Of a DNA stretch of 19,869 nucleotides, positions 8,177-16,095 are shown piece after piece. Each line of letters starts with the position of its first letter. Within the stretch, counting starts at the first letter, position 1. The DNA is from Clostridiales bacterium (GTDB taxonomy: Bacteria; Bacillota; Clostridia; Christensenellales; HGM11417). Below the pieces are notes generated by a model. The model did no database searches. It saw nothing but the letters and a program-made list of their open reading frames with translations, and was not told where the DNA came from. Made by a program: the position numbers and the translations under genes. The stretch spans positions 1-19,869 of the forward strand of contig JAAYQN010000024.1 of NCBI GenBank assembly GCA_012519285.1, read 5' to 3'.

Positions 8177-9463
8177 ATGAACTACACTCAGGAAAAGCTG
8201 AAAAACCAGGTCAGATTTACCGTCACGATTTCCAAAGAGGAATGGGAAGAGGCCAACAGGCAGGCCTATTTAAAGAACAAGGGAAAATATTTCGTTCAGG
8301 GCTTCAGGAAGGGGCATGTGCCCAGAAAGATACTCGAGAGCATCTACGGCAAGGGAGTCTTTTACGAAGAGGCTCTCAATATCGCCGTTCCCAAATACTA
8401 TTCCGAGATTTTGGAAAGGGAAAAGGACGTTTTCCCCGTCGAAGCCCCCGACATCGACATAAAGGAAATAGATGGGGAGGGCGGCTGTATCACCTTTACC
8501 GCCACCGTCAATGTAAAGCCCGAGGTTAAACTTGGCGATTATAAAGCAATAAAAGTTAAAAAGCCGGAATATAACGTTACTGACGAGGACGTCGAGAAAG
8601 AGCTCAAGGCCGCCCAGAACAGGGCAAGCCGCCTCGTCGACGTCGAGGGCAGGCCCGCCGAAAAGGGCGACATCGTAACCATCGATTACAGCGGCACCAT
8701 AGGCGGCAAGAAGTTCGAGGGCGGCACCGCCGAAAAGCAGAGCGTTGAGCTCGGCAGCGGCAGGTTTGTTCCCGGTTTCGAGGAGCAGTTAGTTGGAATG
8801 AGCTGCGGCGAGGAGAAGGATATAACCGTCAGGTTCCCCGACGACTACCACAAGGAGCTTGCGGGAAAGGAAGCCGTGTTTAAAGTCAAGCTTCACGAGA
8901 TAAAGAGGAAGGAGCTTCCCGAGCTTAACGACGAGTTCGCGAAGGACGTCAGCGAATTCGATACGTTCGAGGAATACAAGGCAGACATAAGGAAAAAGCT
9001 TGAACAGTCCAACGAGAAGAGGGCGGAGGCAGAGCTCGAAAACAGGCTGCTCGAGGCAGTCGCCGAGGCGAGCGAGGTGGACATTTCGCAGGTAATGATA
9101 GAAAACCAGATAGACAGCATGGTTCAGGACCTTACCTACCGCCTGATGTACCAGGGGATGAAGCTCGAGGACTACCTAAAGTACACGGGGCAGAGCCTGG
9201 AGCAGCTTAAGGCTTCCTATAAAGAGGGAGCGGAGAAGGCGGTAAAGTCCAGACTGGTGCTCGAGCAGCTCATCAAGCAGGAAAAGATTGAGGCGACGCA
9301 GGAAGATTTGGACGCCAGGATAAAGGAGCTTGCCGAAAGGGCAAAGAAGAGCCCCGAGGAGTACTCAAAGGACATGGGCGAGGATACGCTCTCCTACCTC
9401 AAGAACGAGATAGTAATGGAGAAAGCGTTTTCCGTGCTCAAGGCAAACGCCGTCCTGGAATGA
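8177..9463 (+). CDS. tig: Trigger factor (ribosome-associated PPIase chaperone)
   Basis: 428 aa. The N-terminal ribosome-binding signature GFRKGHVP and a central FKBP-like domain are present. RBS AAAGGAG lies 9 nt upstream. The gene order tig-clpP-clpX-lon is classical. Confidence 0.93.
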   Translation: MNYTQEKLKNQVRFTVTISKEEWEEANRQAYLKNKGKYFVQGFRKGHVPRKILESIYGKGVFYEEALNIAVPKYYSEILEREKDVFPVEAPDIDIKEIDGEGGCITFTATVNVKPEVKLGDYKAIKVKKPEYNVTDEDVEKELKAAQNRASRLVDVEGRPAEKGDIVTIDYSGTIGGKKFEGGTAEKQSVELGSGRFVPGFEEQLVGMSCGEEKDITVRFPDDYHKELAGKEAVFKVKLHEIKRKELPELNDEFAKDVSEFDTFEEYKADIRKKLEQSNEKRAEAELENRLLEAVAEASEVDISQVMIENQIDSMVQDLTYRLMYQGMKLEDYLKYTGQSLEQLKASYKEGAEKAVKSRLVLEQLIKQEKIEATQEDLDARIKELAERAKKSPEEYSKDMGEDTLSYLKNEIVMEKAFSVLKANAVLE

Positions 9464-9487
9464 GCGGAAAATCCGCAGAATTTTTTT
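9464..9487 (+). terminator. Weak intrinsic terminator after tig
   Basis: GCGGA-aaa-TCCGC stem (5 bp, GC-rich) followed by agaaTTTTTTT. It is marginal and may act as a partial terminator. Confidence 0.45.
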
Positions 9488-9567
9488 GAGATTGGGCATA
9501 TGATTAACGGGGCCAAAATAGTTTATAATAAGAGAGATGCAAATTATTTTGAGGAGGCTTTGTTCGT

Positions 9568-10149
9568 ATGTATTTAGTTCCCATGGTCGTAGAGCAGACC
9601 AATAAAGGGGAAAGGTCTTACGACATATACTCGCGCTTGCTTGAGGATAGGATAGTTTTTTTGGCGGGTGAAATCACAGACAGTCTTGCCAACCTGGTGG
9701 TGGCGCAGCTGTTATACCTCGAGGGCAGGGATCCCTCCAAGGACATATACCTTTACATCAACAGCCCTGGCGGAAGCGTATCAGCCGGCTTTGCCATCTA
9801 CGACACCATGAACTATGTCAAATGCGACGTGTGCACCATCTGCATCGGCCTTGCAGCCAGCATGGGCGCATTCATTCTCTCGAGCGGGCAGAAGGGCAAG
9901 AGGTTCGCCCTCCCCAACAGCGAGATAATGATTCACCAGCCGCTGGGAGGCGCGCACGGCCAGGCAAGCGACGTCGCCATCCAGGCGGAGCAGATTTTAA
10001 AGGCAAAGGAAAAGATAAACAGGATACTCGCGCTCAACACCGGCCAGCCGATTGATAAGACAACAAAGGACACCGACAGGGATTTCTACATGACGGCTGA
10101 GGAAGCGTTAAATTACGGGTTGATAGACAAGGTCTATCACAAACGCTGA
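9568..10149 (+). CDS. clpP: ATP-dependent Clp protease proteolytic subunit
   Basis: 193 aa. The N-terminus [25 protein letters not shown] matches ClpP. Catalytic Ser (GLAASMGA), His (IHQPLGG) and Asp contexts are present. GAGGAGG lies 10 nt upstream. Confidence 0.93.
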   Translation: MYLVPMVVEQTNKGERSYDIYSRLLEDRIVFLAGEITDSLANLVVAQLLYLEGRDPSKDIYLYINSPGGSVSAGFAIYDTMNYVKCDVCTICIGLAASMGAFILSSGQKGKRFALPNSEIMIHQPLGGAHGQASDVAIQAEQILKAKEKINRILALNTGQPIDKTTKDTDRDFYMTAEEALNYGLIDKVYHKR

Positions 10150-10196
10150 CACCGAGAGGATGAAAGGCTGATACGCTAGTGTCAGCTTTATTTGTC
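10145..10196 (+). terminator. Long-loop hairpin overlapping the clpP stop, followed by a T-rich tract (possible partial terminator or attenuator)
   Basis: GCTGACAC (10145-10152) pairs with GTGTCAGC (10179-10186) around a 26-nt loop, then TTTATTTGTCT. A second hairpin TTAAAGGGC-ggcaa-GCCCTTAA lies at about 10251-10272 with no T-run. Confidence 0.35.
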
Positions 10197-10301
10197 TATA
10201 AGATTTTTTAAAATAATAGCAGGCTTTAAAACGGCCTTCTCGACGGCCTGATTAAAGGGCGGCAAGCCCTTAAGCGACCGAACAAAAAATTTACGGAGTT
10301 T

Positions 10302-11555
10302 ATGATGATACAAGAAAAGGATTTGACCTGTTCTTTTTGCAGAAAGCACGGCAACGAGGTAAAGAGGCTGGTTGCCGGCCCCAACGGCATCTTCATCTGC
10401 AACGAATGCATCGAGGTGTGTTCGGCGATACTTAGGGAGGACAGCAGCGAGGAAGAGAAAACTCAGCTTATCGACCTCAAGGCCCCTGCCGAGATCAAGA
10501 AACAGCTCGACGAGTACGTCATCGGCCAGGAAACCGCAAAGAGGGTGCTCTCCGTCGCCGTGTACAACCATTACAAGCGCATCTTAAGCGACGGCGTTGC
10601 GGGCGACGACGACGTGGAGCTTGAAAAGAGCAACATTCTGCTGCTCGGGCCAACGGGCTGCGGCAAGACTCTGCTCGCAAAGACGCTGGCGAAGATCATA
10701 AACGTCCCCTTCGCCATAGCCGATGCCACCACGCTGACGGAGGCGGGCTATGTGGGCGAGGACGTGGAGAACATCCTCCTAAAGCTCATACAGAACGCCG
10801 ACTACGACGTAAAGAGGGCGGAAAAGGGGATAATATATATAGACGAGATCGACAAGATCGCCAAGAAGAGCGAGAACGTCTCCATAACCAGGGACGTTTC
10901 GGGCGAGGGCGTGCAGCAAGCCCTGCTCAAGATAATAGAGGGCACCGTAGCCAACGTGCCCCCGCAGGGCGGCAGGAAGCACCCCAACCAGGAATGCATA
11001 CAGATAGACACCACCAACATCCTGTTCATCTGCGGCGGCGCCTTCATTGGCCTCGACAAGATCATTCAAAAAAGAAAAGAGGCGGCGACGCTCGGCTTTG
11101 GCAGCTCCATAAAGGCGGAAAAAGAGAGGGACATAAAGGAGCTTTTCAGCGACATTCAGCCGCAGGATCTCATCGCCTTCGGGCTCATTCCCGAGTTCGT
11201 GGGCAGGCTGCCCATTGCGGTCGCCGTCGACCCGCTTGACGAGAACGCCTTGATTGACATTCTCACCAAGCCCAAGAATGCGCTCATCAAGCAGTACCAG
11301 AAGCTGCTCAAGATGGACGGCATAGAGGCGGAATTTGAGGAAGAGGCCATCCGCGCGCTCGCCAAAAAGGCCATCGAGATCAAGACGGGCGCGAGGGGAC
11401 TGCGCAGCATCCTCGAAAAGGCGATGATGCGCCTGATGTACGAGCTGCCATCCGACAAGAGCGTGAAAAAGGTCATTATCACCAAAGAGGTGATCTTAAA
11501 TAAACTTGACCCGATAATAGTTAGGGAGAACGCCAAGCGAGAGATAGCAAGTTAA
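10302..11555 (+). CDS. clpX: ATP-dependent Clp protease ATP-binding subunit
   Basis: 417 aa with an N-terminal C4 zinc finger (CSFCRK...CNECIEVC), Walker A GPTGCGKT and Walker [15 protein letters not shown] (10295-10298) precedes the tandem ATGs at 10302 and 10305. The true start may be the second ATG. Confidence 0.93.
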   Translation: MMIQEKDLTCSFCRKHGNEVKRLVAGPNGIFICNECIEVCSAILREDSSEEEKTQLIDLKAPAEIKKQLDEYVIGQETAKRVLSVAVYNHYKRILSDGVAGDDDVELEKSNILLLGPTGCGKTLLAKTLAKIINVPFAIADATTLTEAGYVGEDVENILLKLIQNADYDVKRAEKGIIYIDEIDKIAKKSENVSITRDVSGEGVQQALLKIIEGTVANVPPQGGRKHPNQECIQIDTTNILFICGGAFIGLDKIIQKRKEAATLGFGSSIKAEKERDIKELFSDIQPQDLIAFGLIPEFVGRLPIAVAVDPLDENALIDILTKPKNALIKQYQKLLKMDGIEAEFEEEAIRALAKKAIEIKTGARGLRSILEKAMMRLMYELPSDKSVKKVIITKEVILNKLDPIIVRENAKREIAS

Positions 11556-11560
11556 CGGTT

Positions 11561-13921
11561 ATGGATGAGTTCTTGAAAGAACAAGAGAATATCGAGGGCG
11601 AAGGCCAGGCACAGGGGAACGCCGTACTGCCCATGATACCCATCCGCGGGCTGGTGGTCTTTCCCCTGATGTCCGTACACTTCGACATCGGAAGGGAAAA
11701 ATCCATAAGGGCCCTCAACCTTTCGCTGGAGAGAAACAGCATTATCTTTCTCGCCGCGCAGAAAGACAGCAGGCATTCCGACCCCACGCCGGGGCAAATC
11801 CACAGCGTGGGCACGGCAGTCAAGATAAAGCAAGTGCTCAAGATGCCCGGCGAGAACGTCAGGGCGCTGGTAAGGGGGCTTTACCGCGCAAGGATAGAGA
11901 GATACCTCGTGACCGACACCCATTTTGAGGCGGAGGTCTCGCCGCTTCAGCCCATAGGGCGTGACCCGCTCACCATCGAGGCGTTCAAGAGGAGCGCCTT
12001 AGGCCTGTTCGAGGAGTTTATAAAGCTTGACCTGCGCATTCAGCCCGAGATAGCCGAGATGATAAGGACGACGGGAAAAGCCGACACCTTTGTAGACCTT
12101 TTGGCGGCCGCCGCCGTCTACAAGGACAAGGACAAGCAGGACCTGCTCAAAGAGGAGGACGTCGAGGAGAGGCTCAACAAGCTGTGCGTCATCCTTTCGC
12201 AGGAGATCGAGATTTTAAAGATAGAGAAGAAGATAAGCGGCAAGGTAAAGCTTTCCATCGACAAGAGCCAGAAGGAGTTTTACCTGCGCGAACAGATGAA
12301 GGCCATACACGAGGAGCTGGGCGACAGCGACGAAGAGGTGTTAAACTACACCGCCGCCATAAAGAAGCTCAAGATGCCAAAGGAGAGCGAGAAGAAGGTT
12401 CTGAAAGAGATATCCAGGCTCTCCAAGATGCCGCCTTCTTCTCCCGAGGCGACGGTGATACGAAACTACGCCGACTACATCCTCGAGCTCCCGTGGAAAA
12501 AGGAGACCAGGGACAATACCGACCTTCAGCTTGCGAGGAAAATCCTCGACGAAGAGCACTACGGCATGGAGAAAGCCAAGGAGAGGATCCTCGAGTTTTT
12601 GGCGGTGCACACCCTCACCAGGAGCATAAAGGGCCCCATCCTGTGCTTCGTGGGCCCGCCGGGCGTTGGCAAGACCTCTATCGTAAAGTCCATAGCCAAG
12701 GCGCTGGGCAGAAACTACGTGAAGATGAGCTTAGGGGGCGTTCGCGACGAGGCGGAGATTCGCGGCCACAGGCGCACCTACATCGGCGCCATGCCGGGAA
12801 GGATTCTGTACCACATGAAGAACGCGGGCAGCGTAAACCCCGTGTTTTTGCTCGACGAGATAGACAAGCTGGCGTCGGACTTTAGGGGGGACCCCGCGAG
12901 CGCGCTCCTCGAGGTACTCGACCCCGAGCAAAACCATGCCTTCCGCGACCATTTCATAGAGCTGCCCTATGACCTCTCCAAGGTGCTCTTCATCACCACG
13001 GCGAACACCCTTGACAGCATACCGCCGCCGCTTCTTGACAGGATGGAGGTAATACAGCTTTCGGGCTACACTGAGTACGAGAAGCTGGAGATCGCAAAAC
13101 GGTACCTTTTGCCCAAGCAGGCGATAAACAACGGCCTTACGCTCGATAACCTCGAGGTGCCCGACGAGGTGATAATGTTCATCATACAGCACTACACGCG
13201 CGAGTCGGGAGTGAGGAACCTCGAGAGGGAATTAGCCAGCCTGTGCAGGAAGATAGCAAAGGAGCTGGTGGAAGGCAGTGCCGACATAAAAAGCGCCAAG
13301 ATAAAGGTTGACGCAAAGAAGGCCGAAGAATACCTGGGAGTCCCGAGGCACAAGGACGACGGCCTTTCCGACAGGGACGAGGTGGGCGCCGCAAACGGCC
13401 TGGCGTGGACGGCGGTGGGCGGTACGACTCTCACCATAGAAGTTCAGGTGATAAAGGGCAAGGGCGAGATAGTGCTCACTGGGCACCTCGGCGACGTCAT
13501 GAAGGAATCGGCGCGCACCGCCATAAGCCTTATTCGCGCCATGGCGGACAAATACGACATTGATTCAAAGGTATTCGCCGAAAACGACATCCACATCCAC
13601 GTGCCCGAGGGCGCCGTGCCCAAGGACGGGCCGAGCGCGGGAATAACCATCGCCTCCGCCATACTCTCCGCTCTGATAAAGAAGCCCGTCAGCAAGGACG
13701 TGGCGATGACGGGAGAGATAACGCTGCGCGGCAAGGTGCTGCCCATCGGCGGGCTGAAAGAGAAGCTGCTCGCCGCGCGCAGGGTGGGCATAAAGAAGGT
13801 GCTTATCCCCAGGGACAACGGGAAGGACCTTAAAGAGATACCCGAAAACGTCAGGCAAAGCCTGGAAATAGTGCTGGTAGACAACATCCAAGCGGTGTTT
13901 GAGCACTCCATCATATTTTGA
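11561..13921 (+). CDS. lon: ATP-dependent Lon protease (LonA)
   Basis: 786 aa with a Lon N-domain, Walker [10 protein letters not shown] and protease Ser-Lys dyad context DGPSAGIT. It starts 5 nt after the clpX stop with no obvious SD, which suggests translational coupling. Confidence 0.93.
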   Translation: MDEFLKEQENIEGEGQAQGNAVLPMIPIRGLVVFPLMSVHFDIGREKSIRALNLSLERNSIIFLAAQKDSRHSDPTPGQIHSVGTAVKIKQVLKMPGENVRALVRGLYRARIERYLVTDTHFEAEVSPLQPIGRDPLTIEAFKRSALGLFEEFIKLDLRIQPEIAEMIRTTGKADTFVDLLAAAAVYKDKDKQDLLKEEDVEERLNKLCVILSQEIEILKIEKKISGKVKLSIDKSQKEFYLREQMKAIHEELGDSDEEVLNYTAAIKKLKMPKESEKKVLKEISRLSKMPPSSPEATVIRNYADYILELPWKKETRDNTDLQLARKILDEEHYGMEKAKERILEFLAVHTLTRSIKGPILCFVGPPGVGKTSIVKSIAKALGRNYVKMSLGGVRDEAEIRGHRRTYIGAMPGRILYHMKNAGSVNPVFLLDEIDKLASDFRGDPASALLEVLDPEQNHAFRDHFIELPYDLSKVLFITTANTLDSIPPPLLDRMEVIQLSGYTEYEKLEIAKRYLLPKQAINNGLTLDNLEVPDEVIMFIIQHYTRESGVRNLERELASLCRKIAKELVEGSADIKSAKIKVDAKKAEEYLGVPRHKDDGLSDRDEVGAANGLAWTAVGGTTLTIEVQVIKGKGEIVLTGHLGDVMKESARTAISLIRAMADKYDIDSKVFAENDIHIHVPEGAVPKDGPSAGITIASAILSALIKKPVSKDVAMTGEITLRGKVLPIGGLKEKLLAARRVGIKKVLIPRDNGKDLKEIPENVRQSLEIVLVDNIQAVFEHSIIF

Positions 13922-14108
13922 ATGTCTGGAAAAATTGGCTTAGCGGCGTAAAAGCTATAGAAACGCAAAAGAGCCTGGCTGGGCACGATTGCATAAGGTA
14001 CAATTTTTAAAGAAAAAACATTTTGTCATGGTTTTCCAGTAACGGATTGAAAAATTTTTGCCATGACTTTAACGGATACAAAAAATATACGTAAGGTTGT
14101 GAGAGATT

Positions 14109-14789
14109 ATGTCCGACGCTATCAGCATAACCATTCATCAGGCCATTGCCGACAGCCGGAAAAGGGAGCTCTTTATAGAGGCATACAAGCCCTTCATCGC
14201 CGCGACGGTGAGCAAGATTTGCGGCAAGTACAAGATATACGGGGTGGACGAGGAGCTCTCCATCGGGCTTATGGCATTCGATGAGGCGATAAGCAAGTTC
14301 GACGGCAGGGGGAGCTTTTTAAGCTTTGCAAAGCTGGTGATAAAGAGCAGGCTGTACGATTATTTCAGGTATCAGAAGAGGAGGGCGGAGGGCGAGAGCC
14401 TGTACCTCGAGGACGGCAGGGAGACCCAGTCCATAGTAGACAAGTCCCTCGATGCCGACATCAAGGCGCAACAGCAGCTCGAGCTCAAGGACGAGATAAT
14501 GAGCTTTTCCAGGGAGCTTGCGAAGTACGGCATCACCATCGCCGAGCTCGTCAAGGCAAGCCCCAAGCACGGCAAGAAGCGCAGCGCCGTGAGCGAGGTG
14601 ATAAAGTTCATTTGTTCCGATCCCGAGTGCATGGAGTACTTTAAGCTCAGCGGCAACCTGCCCCTCAAGATAATCGAGAACAAGCTCGGGATGTCGAGAA
14701 AGCTGATAGAGCCCTACAGAAAATATATAATCGCCTCGCTGGTAATATATTTCGGGAAATATGCCTATCTGAAGGAATACCTCAAATGA
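14109..14789 (+). CDS. sigI: RNA polymerase sigma factor, SigI family (sigma-70 region 2 plus SigI-type C-terminal domain)
   Basis: 226 aa. The region-2-like segment DEELSIGLMAFDEAISKFD...FLSFAKLVIKSRLYDYFR is present. Three motifs are recalled from SigI proteins: EAYKPFIAATVSKICGKY, ELVKASPKHGKKRSAV and the C-terminal GMSRKLIEPYRKYIIASLVI. No anti-sigma RsgI gene follows. A strong terminator lies downstream. Confidence 0.7.
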   Translation: MSDAISITIHQAIADSRKRELFIEAYKPFIAATVSKICGKYKIYGVDEELSIGLMAFDEAISKFDGRGSFLSFAKLVIKSRLYDYFRYQKRRAEGESLYLEDGRETQSIVDKSLDADIKAQQQLELKDEIMSFSRELAKYGITIAELVKASPKHGKKRSAVSEVIKFICSDPECMEYFKLSGNLPLKIIENKLGMSRKLIEPYRKYIIASLVIYFGKYAYLKEYLK

Positions 14790-14861
14790 GACAGCAAAAA
14801 AACGGGGAAATCTTTTTTAACGAGAGGATAGCCTGGCAAAGGCAACCATAATTTTAGCCCA

Positions 14862-14889
14862 AAGCCGCCAATCAGGCGGCCTTTTTTTG
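14862..14889 (+). terminator. Rho-independent terminator after sigI
   Basis: GCCGCC-aatca-GGCGGC stem followed by CTTTTTTT. Confidence 0.8.
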
Positions 14890-15058
14890 CCCAACCGCCT
14901 GCGGCATTATGCAGGTTAGGCCATATTTTGGAAGCTGCAAATTCCATGGTCATTTTTGTCTTCCCGCCGCATATTAGAAAATTCTAATACAGGGCGTTTA
15001 AGATTGCCGATTGTGTTTATATTAAGTTAGCTTTAAAAATACATAAGGGAGATTGACT

Positions 15059-15364
15059 ATGACCGTAACCAGCTTAAATTTTGAAAAGATACTTGAGTTG
15101 TCTTGGGAAAAGCCCGTGCTCGTGGATTTCTGGGCGCCGTGGTGCGGGCCGTGCAGGATGCTCTCGGCCGTCATCGAGCAGCTCGAGCGGGAGATGGGCG
15201 CTCAGTCGGTGATAGGGAAGGTCAACGTGGACGAGGAAGCGGAGCTTGCCATGCGTTTTGGCGTAACTTCTATCCCTACCATAATAGTGTTCAAAAACGG
15301 CAAGGTTCACAGCAGGGTGGTGGGATACAGGAGCCTCGCCCAGTTAAAGGGCATGCTGGCATAA
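15059..15364 (+). CDS. trxA: Thioredoxin
   Basis: Active site WAPWCGPCRM. 102 aa from ATG 15059, with AAGGGAGA 15042-15049 about 9 nt upstream. The track start at 15053 is a TTG. Confidence 0.9.
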   Translation: MTVTSLNFEKILELSWEKPVLVDFWAPWCGPCRMLSAVIEQLEREMGAQSVIGKVNVDEEAELAMRFGVTSIPTIIVFKNGKVHSRVVGYRSLAQLKGMLA

Positions 15365-15367
15365 GGC

Positions 15368-15838
15368 TTAATACATCTTGCGAGCTCTTTCTTTGCGCAG
15401 CTCGTAGCGCTTTTTGCCGCGCTCCCATTCCTCGCGCTCCTCTTCGCTCTCAAGCATAACGCGGGGGACGGTAACGGACTTTCCTTCCTTGTCAATTGCT
15501 ACCAGCACGACGTAGGCGGTGTTGATGTGCTCGCGCTTTCCGCTCAGCCTCTCGACGTATGTGTCTACCCTCACTTCCATGGAGGAGTTGCCCACATAGG
15601 TAATCCTTCCCGACATGGCAAGCGTGTCGTTGACGTAGGCGGGCGCCTTGAAATGCAGACTGTCCACGCTTACGGTGGTCACCTCGGAATTGCTGTGGCG
15701 CCTCGCCGCCACCGCTGCCACTATGTCTATCCACTCCATGAGCCTGCCGCCGAACAGCCTGTCGTACCCGTTGATGTCCTTCTGCATGAGGATGTGTACC
15801 TGCTCGGTCTTTGAGTCGCTAATCTTTTTATATGCCAT
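15368..15838 (-). CDS. Acyl-CoA thioester hydrolase, hotdog fold (YkhA/BFIT-like)
   Basis: 156 aa. The hotdog thioesterase signature runs from NGYDRLFGGRLMEWID to SVDSLHFKAP. RBS GGAGGG lies about 6 nt upstream of ATG 15838. A charged C-terminal tail is present. The stop is 3 nt from the trxA stop in convergent orientation. Confidence 0.7.
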   Translation of the reverse strand: MAYKKISDSKTEQVHILMQKDINGYDRLFGGRLMEWIDIVAAVAARRHSNSEVTTVSVDSLHFKAPAYVNDTLAMSGRITYVGNSSMEVRVDTYVERLSGKREHINTAYVVLVAIDKEGKSVTVPRVMLESEEEREEWERGKKRYELRKERARKMY

Positions 15839-15871
15839 ACGCCGCCCTCCAAAAAATCTACCTTTATATTA

Positions 15872-15900
15872 TTGATTTTTTTTGGAATATCTACTATAAT
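15872..15900 (+). promoter_or_regulatory. Sigma-A promoter for tRNA-Pro (TTGATT-N17-TATAAT)
   Basis: -35 15872-15877, exactly 17-nt spacer, consensus -10 15895-15900. The predicted TSS lies about 5 nt before the tRNA 5' end. Confidence 0.65.
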
Positions 15901-15911
15901 ATAGGCATCGG

Positions 15912-15988
15912 CTGGGTGTGGCGCAGTTTGGTAGCGCGCATGAATGGGGTTCATGAGGCCGTTGGTTCAAGTCCAATCACCCAGACCA
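15912..15988 (+). tRNA. tRNA-Pro, anticodon GGG, CCA encoded
   Basis: Manual cloverleaf fold. Acceptor stem CTGGGTG/CACCCAG, D-stem GCGC/GCGC, anticodon stem CATGA/TCATG, anticodon loop AT-GGG-GT with U33 and G37, T-arm GTTGG-TTCAAGT-CCAAT, discriminator A, then CCA 15986-15988. Confidence 0.85.
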
Positions 15989-15990
15989 GG

Positions 15991-16022
15991 GCAAGCGCTT
16001 TCAAAGGTGCTTGCTTTTTTTA
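15991..16022 (+). terminator. Rho-independent terminator after tRNA-Pro
   Basis: GCAAGCGCTTT/AAGGTGCTTGC stem (about 10 bp with 1 mismatch) followed by TTTTTTT. Confidence 0.75.
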
Positions 16023-16033
16023 TTTACACAAAA

Positions 16034-16070
16034 AGCAAGTATTGCCTTTAATACTTGCTTTGCTTTTTTG
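16034..16070. terminator. Second, bidirectional hairpin terminator (serves proS on minus strand)
   Basis: AGCAAGTAT-tgccttta-ATACTTGCT stem. The plus strand follows with TTGCTTTTTT. The minus strand follows with TTTTGTG. proS stop is at 16096. Confidence 0.65.
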
Positions 16071-16095
16071 CCCTGATTAAATTATAAAAATTCCC

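Noticed and set aside
9464-9567. Searched for a CtsR box (GGTCAAA-NAN-GGTCAAA) upstream of clpP and a CIRCE (TTAGCACTC-N9-GAGTGCTAA) near lon or clpX.
   Set aside because: No match is present. Only a weak resemblance (GGCCAAAATAG) is seen upstream of clpP.
12184-12885. 233-aa plus-strand ORF in an alternative frame of lon, and several minus-strand ORFs within lon, clpX and proS.
   Set aside because: They are out-of-frame or antisense to strongly supported genes. Their composition is Arg/Gly/His-rich, which is typical of spurious frames.
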